Shown: positions 22,195 through 34,132 of the stretch, one piece after another
Position numbering within the stretch: the first letter of the stretch is position 1
Layout of the letters: every line of letters begins with the position of its first letter
NCBI GenBank assembly: GCA_002269645.1
Contig: NIVC01004429.1
Coordinates: 14,990 to 78,989, forward strand
Direction: 5' to 3'
Length of the DNA stretch: 64,000 nt
Origin: Macrostomum lignano
Taxonomy: Eukaryota
Made by a program: the position numbers and the translations under genes
Notes under the pieces: model-generated
Told to the model about the DNA's origin: nothing
Databases searched by the model: none
The model's input: only the letters and a program-made list of their open reading frames with translations

Positions 22195-23000
22195 GTCACA
22201 CCTGGAGCTTGTCTCCTTCTCCACCGTCACACCCGGAGCTTGTCTCCTTCTCCACCGTCACACCCGGAGCTTGTCTCCTTCTCCACCGTCACACCCGGAG
22301 CTTGTCTCCTTCTCCACCGTCACACCCGGAGCTTGTCTCCTCTCCACCGTCACACCCGGAGCTTGTCTCCTTCTCCACCGTCACACCCGGAGCTTGTCTC
22401 CTCCACCGTCACACTCGGAGCTCGTCTCCTTCTCCACCGTCACACCCGGAGCTTGTCTCCTCCACCGTCACACTCGGAGCTCGTCTCCTTTTCCACCGTC
22501 ACACCCGGAGCTTGTCTCCTCCACCGTCACACTCGGAGCTCGTCTCCTTCTCCACCGTCACACCGGAGCTTGTCTCCCTTTATACCTGTCACACCTGGAG
22601 CTTGTCTACCTCTCTACCTGTCACACCTGGAGCTTGTCTCCCTCTATACCTGTCACACCTGGATCTTGTCTCCCTCTCCCCATCACACCTGGAGCTTGTC
22701 TTTTCTCTCCGTCACACCTGGAGCTTGTCTTTTTCTCTCCGTCACACCTGGAGCTTGTCTTCTTCTCTCCGTTACACCTGGAGCTTGCCTTCTTCTCTCC
22801 GTCACACCTGGAGCTTTCCTTCTTCTCTCCGTCACACCTGGAGCTTGTCTTTTCTCTCCGTTACACCTGGAGCTTGTCTTTTTCTCTCCGTCACACCTGG
22901 AGCTTGTCTTCTTCTCTCCGTTACACCTGGAGCTTGCCTTCTTCTCTCCGTCACACCTGGAGCTTTCCTTCTTCTCTCCGTCACACCTGGAGCTTGTCCC
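22195..23000. repeat. ~27-30-bp minisatellite, core CCGTCACACC(C/T)GGAGCTTGTCT
   Basis: Direct tandem iteration whose unit changes gradually along the array. Confidence 0.95.
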
Positions 23001-23959
23001 TTTCTGCCCAAGTTCAGCAAAGAGGTTATTTTAAAATTGTTTTTTTATCAGTCTGAAAAAAATATTTTATGCTTAGATTCGTTTACAACGCTTGATTTGC
23101 TTACGGGTGTTAAAAATACATTGGAAAATAAAATTTTTGACCGTTGCAGCGAGCGGAGATACCTGCGTATTTATAAAACCAGATATTTACCAACTTTACC
23201 CACTGCCTCTTCCCGCTTCGATCTTTCACTGGACCTCGAGTTCATTTTATGCCGGAGTTTTACTGCTTAGGAAACGCTAAAAAACAGTTACAAATGAAAC
23301 AAACAAACAAGAAACTGCTTTAGTTGTTCATCTTATACAGAACACTTTCACAGAATAATTCATCCCGTTTAACAACAGTCAAAGGGTTTCCAACTTTATT
23401 AAAATTAACACTGAAACACGAGAAAGAAGAAATAGATGATTTAAACTAAACTTTCTGATTTTAATTTTGAGATACGTTGACTCTTTGTGCCAGATAAAAA
23501 GCATATACTGGTACAATGCAAAATAGACAGAGATTAGTAAGCAAAAGATTAGGTTCCTGTCTGATAACAAGTCCAAGAAGCTTATACGAACCAAATATTT
23601 AGTGTTCATCAACAAAAATAAACAGAATTTCGCTTGCATGTTTTTATAAATGATGTATTCTACTATTACAAGATTAATTCAGAAAAAAATTATATTGACG
23701 TTGGTTGGATTGTCTGTTCACGGACTATTGTTCGCACTTCAAGGACGCTGCACGTTGAAATTGTACAAATTTCACTTGATGGGCCGAATTTTTCTCAAAA
23801 AATTATTTTACCGAGATAGGAAGTTGACATTAGTATAAAAGACTGTCAATCCGCAAAAAAGGTGAAGACATATTCCCTGAATTTTAATTCAGGGCTTTAC
23901 CATAGACAAACTCGGAGGGAAAAAGGGAGGAAATAGATACGGTTGAAATTTTTTACCTT

Positions 23960-24340
23960 GCCTGCCTCACTCCCTGGAGCTTGTCTCCCTCTCCCCCGTC
24001 ACTCTTTGAGCTTGTCTTTCTCTCCCCGTCACACCTGGGGCTTGTCTCCCTCTCCCCCGTCACACCTGGAGCTTGTCTCCCTCTCCCCCATCAAACCTGG
24101 AGCTTGTCTCCCTCTCCCCCGTCACACCTGGAGCTTGTCTCCCTCCTCTCCCTCATCACACCTGGAGCTTGTCTCCCTCTCCCCCGTCACACCTGGAGCT
24201 TGTCTCCCTCTCCCCCATCACACCTTGAGCTTGTCTCCCTCTCCCCCGTCACACCTGGAGCTTGTCTCCCTCCTCTCCCTCATCACACCTGGAGCTTGTC
24301 TCCCTCTCCCCCGTCACACCTGGAGCTTGTCTACCTCTCC
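23960..24340. repeat. Second array of the same GTCACACCTGGAGCTTGTCT family
   Basis: Same core as 22.2-23.0 kb. Confidence 0.93.
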
Positions 24341-24454
24341 CCTCGCACCTTACACCTAGGAATAATTCCAGCCAGATTCGCACGATTTGGCGGTGCAGCA
24401 TTGTACACAATTAGTCCGTTTACCGGTTGCCAGACAGCTGCAGGTGGCAGCCAA

Positions 24455-24919
24455 CTACCTGCCCAGCGTGTTCATAACCTCCGGCGTCTGCAGGATGCGC
24501 AGCAGGTCCGGCTGCAGCAGACAGCCGTCAACGAACTCCTCGTGGGAGATCTCGCAGTTCTTATCGGTGTCGAGTCGTCGAAAGAACTCCTCACAGACCT
24601 CTTCGGGTGTTTTGGTGAGTTGCACTCCACGGTCCCGCGCAGTCTGGAACACCGCGTGCATGATAGCCAGCACCTCCTCCCGAGAAATGCTCCGATCTTT
24701 ATTACTGTCGAATAGTTCGAAGAATTGTTGCGCTTTTTTGCGCACGGTCTCCAACGAGCTGTGCCGCTGGGCGACCATGTTGAGAAAGTCGGAGGTTCGA
24801 CCAGTCGGCTGGGCGGCCTTGAACTCGGCGTAGAGCTGGCGAATCTCCTGACCGCTGAGACGGCTGGCCTCAACTAAAAATGCCACCGACTGAGCGTCCA
24901 GTTCGAGCGGAGCAGCCAT
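24455..24919 (-). CDS. Neuronal calcium sensor (NCS/recoverin/KChIP family)-like EF-hand protein, 154 aa, intronless, lacking one EF-hand
   Basis: N-terminal EIRQLYAEFKAAQPTG resembles NCS-1 EVQQWYKGFIKDCPSG. EF loops DSNKDRSISREE and DTDKNCEISHEE are present, and TPEEVCEEFFRRLD resembles TPEKRVDRIFAMMD. Confidence 0.85.
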   Translation of the reverse strand: MAAPLELDAQSVAFLVEASRLSGQEIRQLYAEFKAAQPTGRTSDFLNMVAQRHSSLETVRKKAQQFFELFDSNKDRSISREEVLAIMHAVFQTARDRGVQLTKTPEEVCEEFFRRLDTDKNCEISHEEFVDGCLLQPDLLRILQTPEVMNTLGR

Positions 24920-25409
24920 TTCTTCGGTCTCTTCTAGTAGCAGTAATGAGGAAATTTTTGAGGAAACTTTTAGGGAGCTTTTGAGAGTCTATAATCCCGG
25001 CTGTGCCATTGCCAACCAGTGCTGAAGGCTGTTCAGGGGTTAAACACTCGCTGATCTCTCCTTCGCTAATTTAGGTAACGGTCTGTTCCCCTTTTTCACT
25101 TGTTACGCCCCTTAACCCCCCTCGCGCCCACCTCCTCCACCTTCCTCTCCCTGGCAATCTTCAGTCCAGCCGAGCCGCTGCTGCCCATGCAGCACAGCTG
25201 CTCATCTGGGGTAGGCCGGCCTGTACTCAGAATTGCACAACGCTGCCCCCCCCTTCTGTCTCTCTCTTGTCGGATAGTTGCTAAGTGGACCAATGCAGTG
25301 CTAGCGGTCGGCGGGATTGGCCAAAGCACTGTGCGGTTTTCCTACTATGGAGTTTGGATTTTGGTGTTTTTACTTAAGTTTCTTAACAATCTATGCAAGT
25401 TGTTGAGAG

Positions 25410-26080
25410 ATTGAGGGTAGACAGGAGGGTAGACAGGGGGTGGACAGATGGGTAGACAAGAGGGTATATAGGAGGGTAGACAGGAGGGTAGACAGGGGGT
25501 GGACAGATGGGTAGACAAGAGGGTATATAGGAGGGTAGACAGGAGGGTAGACAGGAGGGTAGACAGGAGGGTAGACAGGAGGGTAGACAGGAGGGTAGAC
25601 AGGAGGGTAGACAGGAGGGTAGACAGGAGGGTAGACAGGAGGGTAGACAGGAGGGTAGACAGGAGACAGCAGAGGGTAGAAAAGGAGACAGCGGAGGGTA
25701 GGCAGAAGATAGCGGAGGGTAGAAAAGAAGACAGCGGAGGGTAGGCAGAAGATAGCGGAGGGTGGAAAGGGGACAGTGGAGGGTAGACAGCAGGGGACAG
25801 CGAAGGGTAGACAGGAGACAACGGAGGGAGATAGCAGGGGACAGCGGAGGGTAGACAGGAGACAGTGGAGGGTAGACAGGGAACAGCGGAGGGTAGACAA
25901 CAGGGAACAGCGGAGGGTAGACAACAGGGGACAGCGGAGGGTAGACAGGAGGGGAAAGTGGAGGGTACGAGTAGAAAGGAGATAGCGGAGGGTATCCAAG
26001 AGACAGCGGAGGGTATCCAAGAGACAGCGGAGGGTAGACAGGAGATACCGGAGGGTGGTCAGTAGACAGCGGAGGGTAGA
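25410..26080. repeat. Purine-rich minisatellite (GGAGGGTAGACA 12-mer and longer GACAGCGGAGGGTAGAC variants)
   Basis: Direct tandem iteration. Confidence 0.93.
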
Positions 26081-27082
26081 AAAAGAATCTCTACTACGAG
26101 TGATCCAATTGACCTTAAAAAGCGCGAATGATTAAAAGATGTAAAAGGTGGCTTTCTATACTTAGTATACAGTGCAGGGACTAAGACGCCTTGAAGCCGC
26201 AGAGGTGAGAAGACAGCTCATTTAATCAGAGAGCCCGTCTCCAACCGTCCATGTCTAATAGATTTAACAGTTTTCTCATAATTTAGTTCAATGTACTATT
26301 TTAGCCTGCCTTCTGCAGAAGCAGAATGAAACAGATCTTATAAGCAGGTAGATTTTGAGCAAGATTGCTATTTACATTAACACGGCCTGGTATATGAGTC
26401 TGGGAAGCCTCATCTCTATAATAAATTGGGGTAGTTGCACAAAAGTGCACCCGAGAAGGAAGAGGCTTCCTTAGATAAGACTGAATGCAACTGGGTATGG
26501 GGTGCGTTGGGAAATATCCCTGATGCTGGGGAGAAAAAGAAGTGAGTTACATTCTTTCATCTGGGATAATAGTACTCCTCAAAATTCCAAACTGTTTATC
26601 CAAATTAGTCTGTCATCTTATTGAGTTCCCACGCAAGGTTTGGCAGGTGACGAGCTGCCGAAGACTCAAAGCTGGCAGGGCTGCTGTGGGAAATTTCTAC
26701 ATGTAGCAACGACAGTCGACCTGAGACAGGCAGTCAGGCAGGCTGGGTGCTGGCCCATTGTCTCGCTTTTCTCCGCATTCAGTCGGGCGTTTCCTGGGCG
26801 CTTTTAGCGCTTTTTCTCTTTCTCTGTCTCTCAGGCCAAAGAGCTAAAAGAGAGGCAGGAAGAGGGGAGCCGGTTGAAAACAACAGACGAAAGACGAGTG
26901 CAATGGGGAATATTGGCAGAGGAAAAATCAATAAGGCATGCATGGAGGGCCTTGCCTTTCTTTGACAAAACATGCGGTCTCTGCACCCAGCCATGGTCCC
27001 TTTGTCTGAGCCGGCTGAAGGCAACTGTCTGACACCTAATATTCCCGATCAATCCATTTCTCTGAGGCTAAGCTGCTCTGGG

Positions 27083-28140
27083 TGATTCTGTCTGATAATT
27101 GAGTGATTCTGCCTGATAACTGAGTGATTCTGCCTGATAACTGAGTGATTCTGCCTGATAACTGAGTGATTCTGCCTGATAACTGAGTGATTCTGCCTGA
27201 TAACTGAGTGATTCTGCCTGATAACTGAGTCATTCTGCCTGATAACTGAGTGATTCTGCCTGATAACTGAGTGATTCTGACTGATAACTGAGTGATTCTG
27301 CCTGATAACTGAGTGATTCTGTCTGATAACTGAGTGATTCTGCCTGATAACTGAGTGATTCTGCCTGATAACTGAGTGATTCTGCCTGATAACTGAGTGA
27401 TTCTGCCTGATAACTGAGTGATTCTGCCTGATAACTGAGTGATTCTGCCTGATAACTGAGTCATTCTGCCTAATAACTGAGTGATTCTGCCTGATAACTG
27501 AGTGATTCTGCCTGATAACTGAGTGATTCTGCCTGATAACTGAGTGATTCTACCTGATTACTGACTCAGTCTACCTGGTTACTGACTGATTACTGACTCA
27601 GTCTACCTGATTACTGACTCAATCTACCTGGTTACTGACTGATTACTGACTCAGTCTACCTGATTACTGACTCAATCTACCTGATTACTGACTCAGTCTA
27701 CCTGGTTACTGACTGATTACTGACTCAGTCTACCTGATTACTGACTCAATATACCTGATTACTGACTCAGTCTACCTGGTTACTGACTGATTACTGACTC
27801 AGTCTACCTGGTTACTGACTGATTACTGACTCAGTCTACCTGATTACTGACTCAATCTACCTGATTATCGACTCAGTCTACCTGGTTACTGACTCAGTCT
27901 ACCTGGTTACTGACTGATTACTGACTCAGTCTACCTGATTAGGGACTCAGTCTACCTGATTACTGACTCAGTCTACCTGATTAGGGACTCAGTCTACCTG
28001 ATTACTGACTCAGTCTACCTGATTACTGACTCAGTCTACCTGATTAGGGACTTAGTCTACCTGGTTACTGACTCAGTCTACCTGATTAGGGACTCAGTCT
28101 ACCTGGTTACTGACCGATTACTGACTCAGTCTACCTGATT
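27083..28140. repeat. Bipartite 21-bp array: CTGAGTGATTCTGCCTGATAA (to ~27555), then CTGACTCAGTCTACCTGATTA
   Basis: Direct tandem iteration with an abrupt switch between related units. Confidence 0.95.
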
Positions 28141-28961
28141 ATTTGCTGACGTTGCACAGGGACTACTAAAACAGTCTCTGTTTTATAGTCCCTGGGGTCG
28201 CATAGTTTTCCTTTAATCCCGTTTGCTTTTGCGTATTTCTTGCCGAAAATTCTTTGTCGAATGTCGACTCAAATTTCTTTCAGTGTGGAAAAATTCCAAC
28301 TGATTGAAGCACCGATCGGATGGATCCCGGAGATATCGCTGACCGCTGGCTTCCCAAAGAAGGAAATTTGATAGGATCATCAATCCCTTGGGAAATTTTT
28401 CGCTAAAATCTCTGGCGATTTATTTGATTTGAAAAAATTATTTCCATAGGAAGTTTTACACCCTGTGTGAGCCTGTGTATGAGTGTGTGCCTGCGTACGG
28501 CATTGGCATGCTTGTGTGTCCTCAGGAGTCAGCGAAATGGGCAGCTTTGCCGTCAGCGATGGATGCGGGACCATGATGTCGCTCACAGAGTATCTTGTAT
28601 GTCATTACCATCGATGGTCATGCTAGCTACTACTCTCTGTAGTAGTAGAAGATACTCCTCATCAATTAAATGTTACACCTTAAAATCAATCAAATCTCGA
28701 ATACTTAATGGGAGTATCTACCGCAGCTGGGCAGTTTGACTTTGAATATCATTATTTAGTGTAAAAAAAACAACAAACTCAAATTAGCGTTTTTTGTTGG
28801 TTATTGAAAAAGAAAATTTTATTGAATCTTTTTGAGTTGCATTTTGTAGAGCGTGTAGTTTGCGCAGAATTGCATTAGCTATCTATAGACGTACGGTAGC
28901 AACTGCGTAGGCTATGAAGTTATGAATAGCTGTAATACTTTTTACTGTAACCAATAATTAG

Positions 28962-29359
28962 AGCGTCGAAGATGGTGCCAAGGTTCCTCACTGACGATCA
29001 GAAATGGCTGCAGTTGAACATCGAGACATTGAGACAGTCTTTGGCCAACAGAGTTGAGCCAAGCACCTTATTCACCAGATATGGCACCGTGTGATTCCTG
29101 GCTCTTTCCCAAGGTGAAGCAGGTCCTCAAAGGATCCAGATTTGAAGACTTGGATGCCATCAAGGAGAGTGTGACAGGGGTACTGAGGGGCATCATGAAG
29201 GAGGGCTTCCAGGGCTGCATCAGGAGCCGGAACCAGCGATTGAGGCGATGTGTTGAAAGTGGCGGCAATTACTTTGAAGGCTGCAGTTGACTGAATTTGC
29301 ATTTTTTTGTTCTGAAAGTTTTTGTAGCTAAATTCTCGTTACTTTTTGGCCACACCTCG
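28962..29359 (+). mobile_element. Mariner (Tc1/mariner) relic, 5'-truncated and internally deleted, with right TIR
   Basis: KMVPRFLTDDQK (WVPHEL-type motif) sits next to QAPYSPDMAPCDSWLFPKVKQVLKGSRF...CVESGGNYFEG. It is followed by AATTCTCGTTACTTTTTGGCCACACCTCG, a mariner-like TIR. Confidence 0.9.
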
Positions 29360-30359
29360 CAGTAAAGGCTATTCGGTACGTAAACAAGCAGTTTATTATG
29401 TAACTTCGTATATCTTGTGGCAGACTAACCCAAAAAATTCTACTCTAATTCATGGACAACAAAGTTAAAATGATCCGCTACATTTAGCAATTCGTCCGAA
29501 ATGTATAGCTTTTTGCAGTCAGTTTGAGCCTAGGGGCTGCTGACTCGATCCAGAGTGGCAGAACTCAAGACAACTGCTGCCCCGAGTCTATGGCCCAAAA
29601 TTTTGACTGGTGAACAAAGACCTTAATCTTTGGAGCATTGAATCGACCTCGCATGTCTGCTAAAGGCTTACCATCGCTCTGTAACCTACAAATCAGCAAA
29701 AAACATTAGCGAGCTGGGAAGATGAAGATAGCAACGCTAGCAACGAAACGGCTTCAGACGAGCAGGGGACGAACCAAGAACATGGACAAAGATCAGTGAT
29801 GAGATGCACAGCCTAGTCATCGAACCGGTCGGTATCGCGAAATGGACAAATATTAACGTCAAGACAGTAATGTCAATTGCTTGCATTGCTTTGCGATAAT
29901 AAGAATGAAATCAAGATCCGAATAGAGGAAAATGTACTAAGTCAGTGCTCCAAAGATTAAGTCCCTGCTCACCTGTCAAAATTTTAGCCATTGGACTATA
30001 GATTTCACAAGGATTCGTTGTTGCGTAGTGTTACCTAAGTTTTACCATAGACAAAAGCGTTGAGAAAAAATCTGTCTAGAAAATTCCGATTAAGAAGAGC
30101 TAAGGAAGTTCGCGCTTGTCGGCACTCTCCGGTAGCATTTTTTAAACTGAATCAACCTTGGTAAAATCATTTACCAACTTTTTCAGCAAAAAACACGAGC
30201 CTTAAGTGAACCCAATTGCACCATTAGCAACATTTTTACTTTAGTTGTCAAGCTGCAAAAATGCCCTAAAGCGAGAAAATCACAAGTTTACATGTACATG
30301 TATAAAATATCAGCACTTGGTCCCGCGTTACTGCTCATCCGCTTGCATAGCATGCTACT

Positions 30360-31208
30360 TTACCATTGTCCGAGTGTATCAGTAGTACCTAGCGCTTGGC
30401 GTATCCGCCCTTCGGAAGAAAAATGGCCGACAAGCATACGGCCAGTTGGCCGGCCCGTCCAGTGACGTTTCGACGCCAGACGGTCGAGAGGCCCACCGGC
30501 CGAATTCGTAGCGGGCCGCCACCAGTTCATCAGTCGGCGGCATTGGACTGACAGCTTCCCGCTGCTCAAAGTCTGCCGGCTCGAGTTCGTAGCGCTCGAA
30601 TCTTGAGCAGCTCTCATTCCAGCAGCAACCGTTGCCGGTGCAATCCGGTGTTGATAGCCGCGGAGTCGCGGTGGCGAAGGCAGTTGCACAGTTCGAGCAG
30701 AATGAATTGCGGGTGGCTGCAGTGGTTGATAGTCGCGCAGCTTGCGCTCCAGGTAAGCGCGAACTCCAGCGTTTCGCTCGTCGTCCAGCTCCAACGCAGT
30801 CGGAAGGCGTGCTGCTCTTGTCGAAGTCAGCTTTGCATCCACCCTGAAGCCGTTGTCGTCGCTCCAATAGGGACTGAACTTCCTGCCGACACTTCCGACA
30901 CCTACCAGACGGGGGTCTTCTATGCGCTCGTCAGCTCGGAAGTGTCGGTCGCTGTCCCACCTCGAATCAGTCGGGTAGCGAGCGGCCGTCCTGGGAGCGG
31001 CGTCGTCAGACCAGTAGTCTCGCTGATCCTCGCTGTATAGAGCGCGCCGACGACCAACAGAATCGTCGTAGTCGTCGTAGTCGTCCATCTCCATGTGCCA
31101 CTTCAAAGTTTCTACAGCAGCTTCGTGCCTGGCGATAGAAGCGGCAAGACTGCGCCTCATCTTTCGATCGTCTGCCGTCGAGTCGTCGGTGTCGCGAAAA
31201 ACATTCAT
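30360..31208 (-). CDS. Orphan protein (~280 aa), R/D/Y-rich; the C-terminal reading frame is ambiguous
   Basis: GC-rich ORF in AT-rich surroundings. Acceptor TTTCACAG|AG lies 8 nt before the ATG and there is an upstream GTAAGT donor at 31329. No recognisable domain. Confidence 0.6.
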   Translation of the reverse strand: MNVFRDTDDSTADDRKMRRSLAASIARHEAAVETLKWHMEMDDYDDYDDSVGRRRALYSEDQRDYWSDDAAPRTAARYPTDSRWDSDRHFRADERIEDPRLVGVGSVGRKFSPYWSDDNGFRVDAKLTSTRAARLPTALELDDERNAGVRAYLERKLRDYQPLQPPAIHSARTVQLPSPPRLRGYQHRIAPATVAAGMRAAQDSSATNSSRQTLSSGKLSVQCRRLMNWWRPATNSAGGPLDRLASKRHWTGRPTGRMLVGHFSSEGRIRQALGTTDTLGQW

Positions 31209-33103
31209 TGCTGGCTCTGTGAAACGCGATTTGAGCTCATTTTTAGTAAATAGTAAAGTAAAACACTGGTAAGTGACGTACTGAAGTAGTTTGGATTGAA
31301 TTAGTTTGGATTTTTATGACTCAACTTACCATCATACTCTACTGCTGCAGGAAGCACTTACTGTGATTAACAACACAGCTTGCTTTTTCAAAGACTTGTA
31401 AATTGCTTCAACACTGGCTGCGCTTGCTCTTATGGCATTTCTTTCTGTTTTCTTTCCGAAGGGTCTCTCTTCTTTTGGCGAAAGTTTACAAGCCCTCCCC
31501 CTCAGTGACATTCGCGGGGTTAGGCTAAGCGAGCAAGTACTCCTGCTCGTGATAACGAAAGAGAGAGAAAGGACAGAATCTACAAAACTAACGAGTGGCT
31601 GTTATGTGGTAGAAGAAAACAAGTTCTGCTTGCTGTGCGAGGACCGAGGAGCCTTAATCGGTGCCTCTGACATGTACGCCTGAGAATGCATACAAGCTGA
31701 GACCATGTGCATGTGATACTGTGCGCATAGGTGAGGTAACTGCACATGTTATGCTCTTGATATGTTGACAAATGCATGCGTTAGGGCCAAGGACCGCTGT
31801 AGTTGATAAAAGGCAACCAAGCAGATAATTCTGATCTTTACAATATGATTTCAATGAGAGAGGTTGCTGCTGTATGGAATCATTCTTTGTGCCGATGTCT
31901 ATGACCGAATTATCAAGCTTGCTTGCCTTTTTCGTCTATGTCTATGTCTATCCTCTACGGGCAAGACTAAAGCAACTGCTGCCAAATGCTGCTCAAGTGC
32001 TCAACTTGCCTGGCAGCCCTGCAGCTGATGAGGCCCTGCAGCCATGTCAATTTTGAGGCCCCTGCAGCCATGTCAATTTTGAGCCTGCATGTGTTCTTAC
32101 CACTAGTTGACTTAGCAAAATGGCAATGACTTGACAGAAGATGCAATGAGAACTGCCAACAAGCACTGGCGGGTGACGTTGGGAGCAGAATAGGCGTTTT
32201 AGATGTATTCATTTTTGCAATTGCATTAGCTGAATTTGCTCACTCTAAACTGATGGATCTGTATATTTTCCGCTTTCTATACAAGCTACCTCTACCTCTT
32301 TAAAAGGCATGGATCGAGCTAGCTGAATTGTGCTTTTATCTTTTTTCATTGCACTGCTGCACTCGCCGTTTTCTGTGCCTACAGCTTCAGTGATTTATTT
32401 ACCATTCAGTTATGAAAGAAAATTGATTCCTGTATCGCTGATTGGTAATTGTTTGCTTTGAATCCCGGCAAATTAAAATCCCCAAGTACGACGGGAAAGG
32501 CCGTGCTTAGAAATTTGGAATGTGCAGCTTTACCTTTTAATCGATGCATAGATGTATCATCTCACTGCAAATATGCAGGCTTTATTGAACTTGAAAACAT
32601 GGAAGTTGATTTCTGGGTGCGACTAGTTGCATCAAATTATTGTTGCAATCGTTTTTTTGTAATTCAACCAGTCAATGTATTTACAATCGCTTGAATGTAA
32701 GTTGAAAGAGGTACATGTATTGCCTAGCTAGCGCGCTCAGCAATATAGAGCACAGTCAAATAGATGCTATTTTTGACATCAGCACAGTTATATACACATC
32801 CATACAGCTGGTGACTTGCCTAATTGGTCTAACGATAAGCGCCGGTGATAGAGAAATGAAGGAAATAAGAGTACAATCGATAACATGATTAATCATTGCC
32901 GTACTAAAGAATAAATTCTTATAACGTCTTTTTAGTTAAACCTAAATAGTTCTGACAGTTAATAATATGTTTTTATATTATCCTAGATTTCGTTGTCATT
33001 TAGATTTGTTTTGTTATTTTGTGTCGAAAATAAAAGCGTTGTTTTTTAAGTTTTACTCTTTGCGGATCTAATACATGATATATATCTGTTTCGAAAGTCA
33101 TAG

Positions 33104-34132
33104 TTAGACTGGAATGCTTCTCTACTGGAGGGACGGCTTGTGCTGATTCCAGTAAGTAAGTCGTATACCTGAATAATAAATTATAGAAACGAAACAAATT
33201 GATTTCATTGTAGATTAAATTTTAATTAAGCTAAATTAATTATATGTTAGGTTGTAGGACATCCATTCCACCATAAAATAGTTGATTTTGTGTATTAATA
33301 ATATTATAGAAATTTTATAGAGTTAATCTTCAAATTAGATTATCAACACTGACTAATTCCAGAGGATTGTCTTCTTTATTCAGAGATGATCAAGGATGAA
33401 AGTATTGATGAGATATCCATTTTAAAGGTAAGAATTTTGAATAATAATGATTGAATTTAAGTCAGAATTTTATTTTTTAGAAATGGGACAAATTTTAACG
33501 AAAAATATTTTGAATATATGTTTATCTAGGGAATCGCTGGATTAGTGCTGTGTTTTCTCATACTTTTTGTTTTCTTACAAAAGTATAAAAGACATGTGAG
33601 TTTTATTGTTTTAGATATGCTTCTATTATTTTATTCACAAATATGGATCAATGATTTACTTTTACTAAATGCTTACTAATAAGATTATTTGAAGGGGTCA
33701 TTTTTTCAAATTAATAATGTACATATTAATTTTAAATTAAGTAATTGAATCTTGTAAAATAATATAATGATTGCTTAAAATTGAAAACTTATTTAATGCT
33801 TGTAATTTTATATCTAGAATGTCTTTCAAATTTTTGTATTTCAGATCTGGTTCTTACTCTTTTGCTCCATAATCTACCATTCAGTTTTTCTAGCTAACTG
33901 TATTGTTATTTTAGCTAACTCTTATCATTTTGATTTAAGCAAAAAGCAATTTCTTGTATCATGCTCTTCTCTTCATTTCTGCATTATCCTTACATTGTAC
34001 AAGGTTCAAAAGTGCAAAATGTTCTTTTTTCTAATCCAAAGGGACATTAAACTGACTTATTTCTTGATGCAGATTTGGGCACCCAAATATCAAATCACTC
34101 AACTGCATGATAGAGAAAGCTTCAATGTATAA
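33104..34132 (+). CDS. Predicted micro-exon gene, C-terminal part of a single-pass membrane protein (exons 33104-33151, 33363-33427, 33530-33595, 34073-34132)
   Basis: GT/AG sites with matching phases (1,0,0) give RLECFSTGGTACADSKDCLLYSEMIKDESIDEISILK-GIAGLVLCFLILFVFL-QKYKRH-IWAPKYQITQLHDRESFNV*. Confidence 0.55.

Noticed and set aside
29715-29815. Acidic peptide EDEDSNASNETASDEQ as an exon
   Set aside because: Short, with no convincing splice sites or partner exons.
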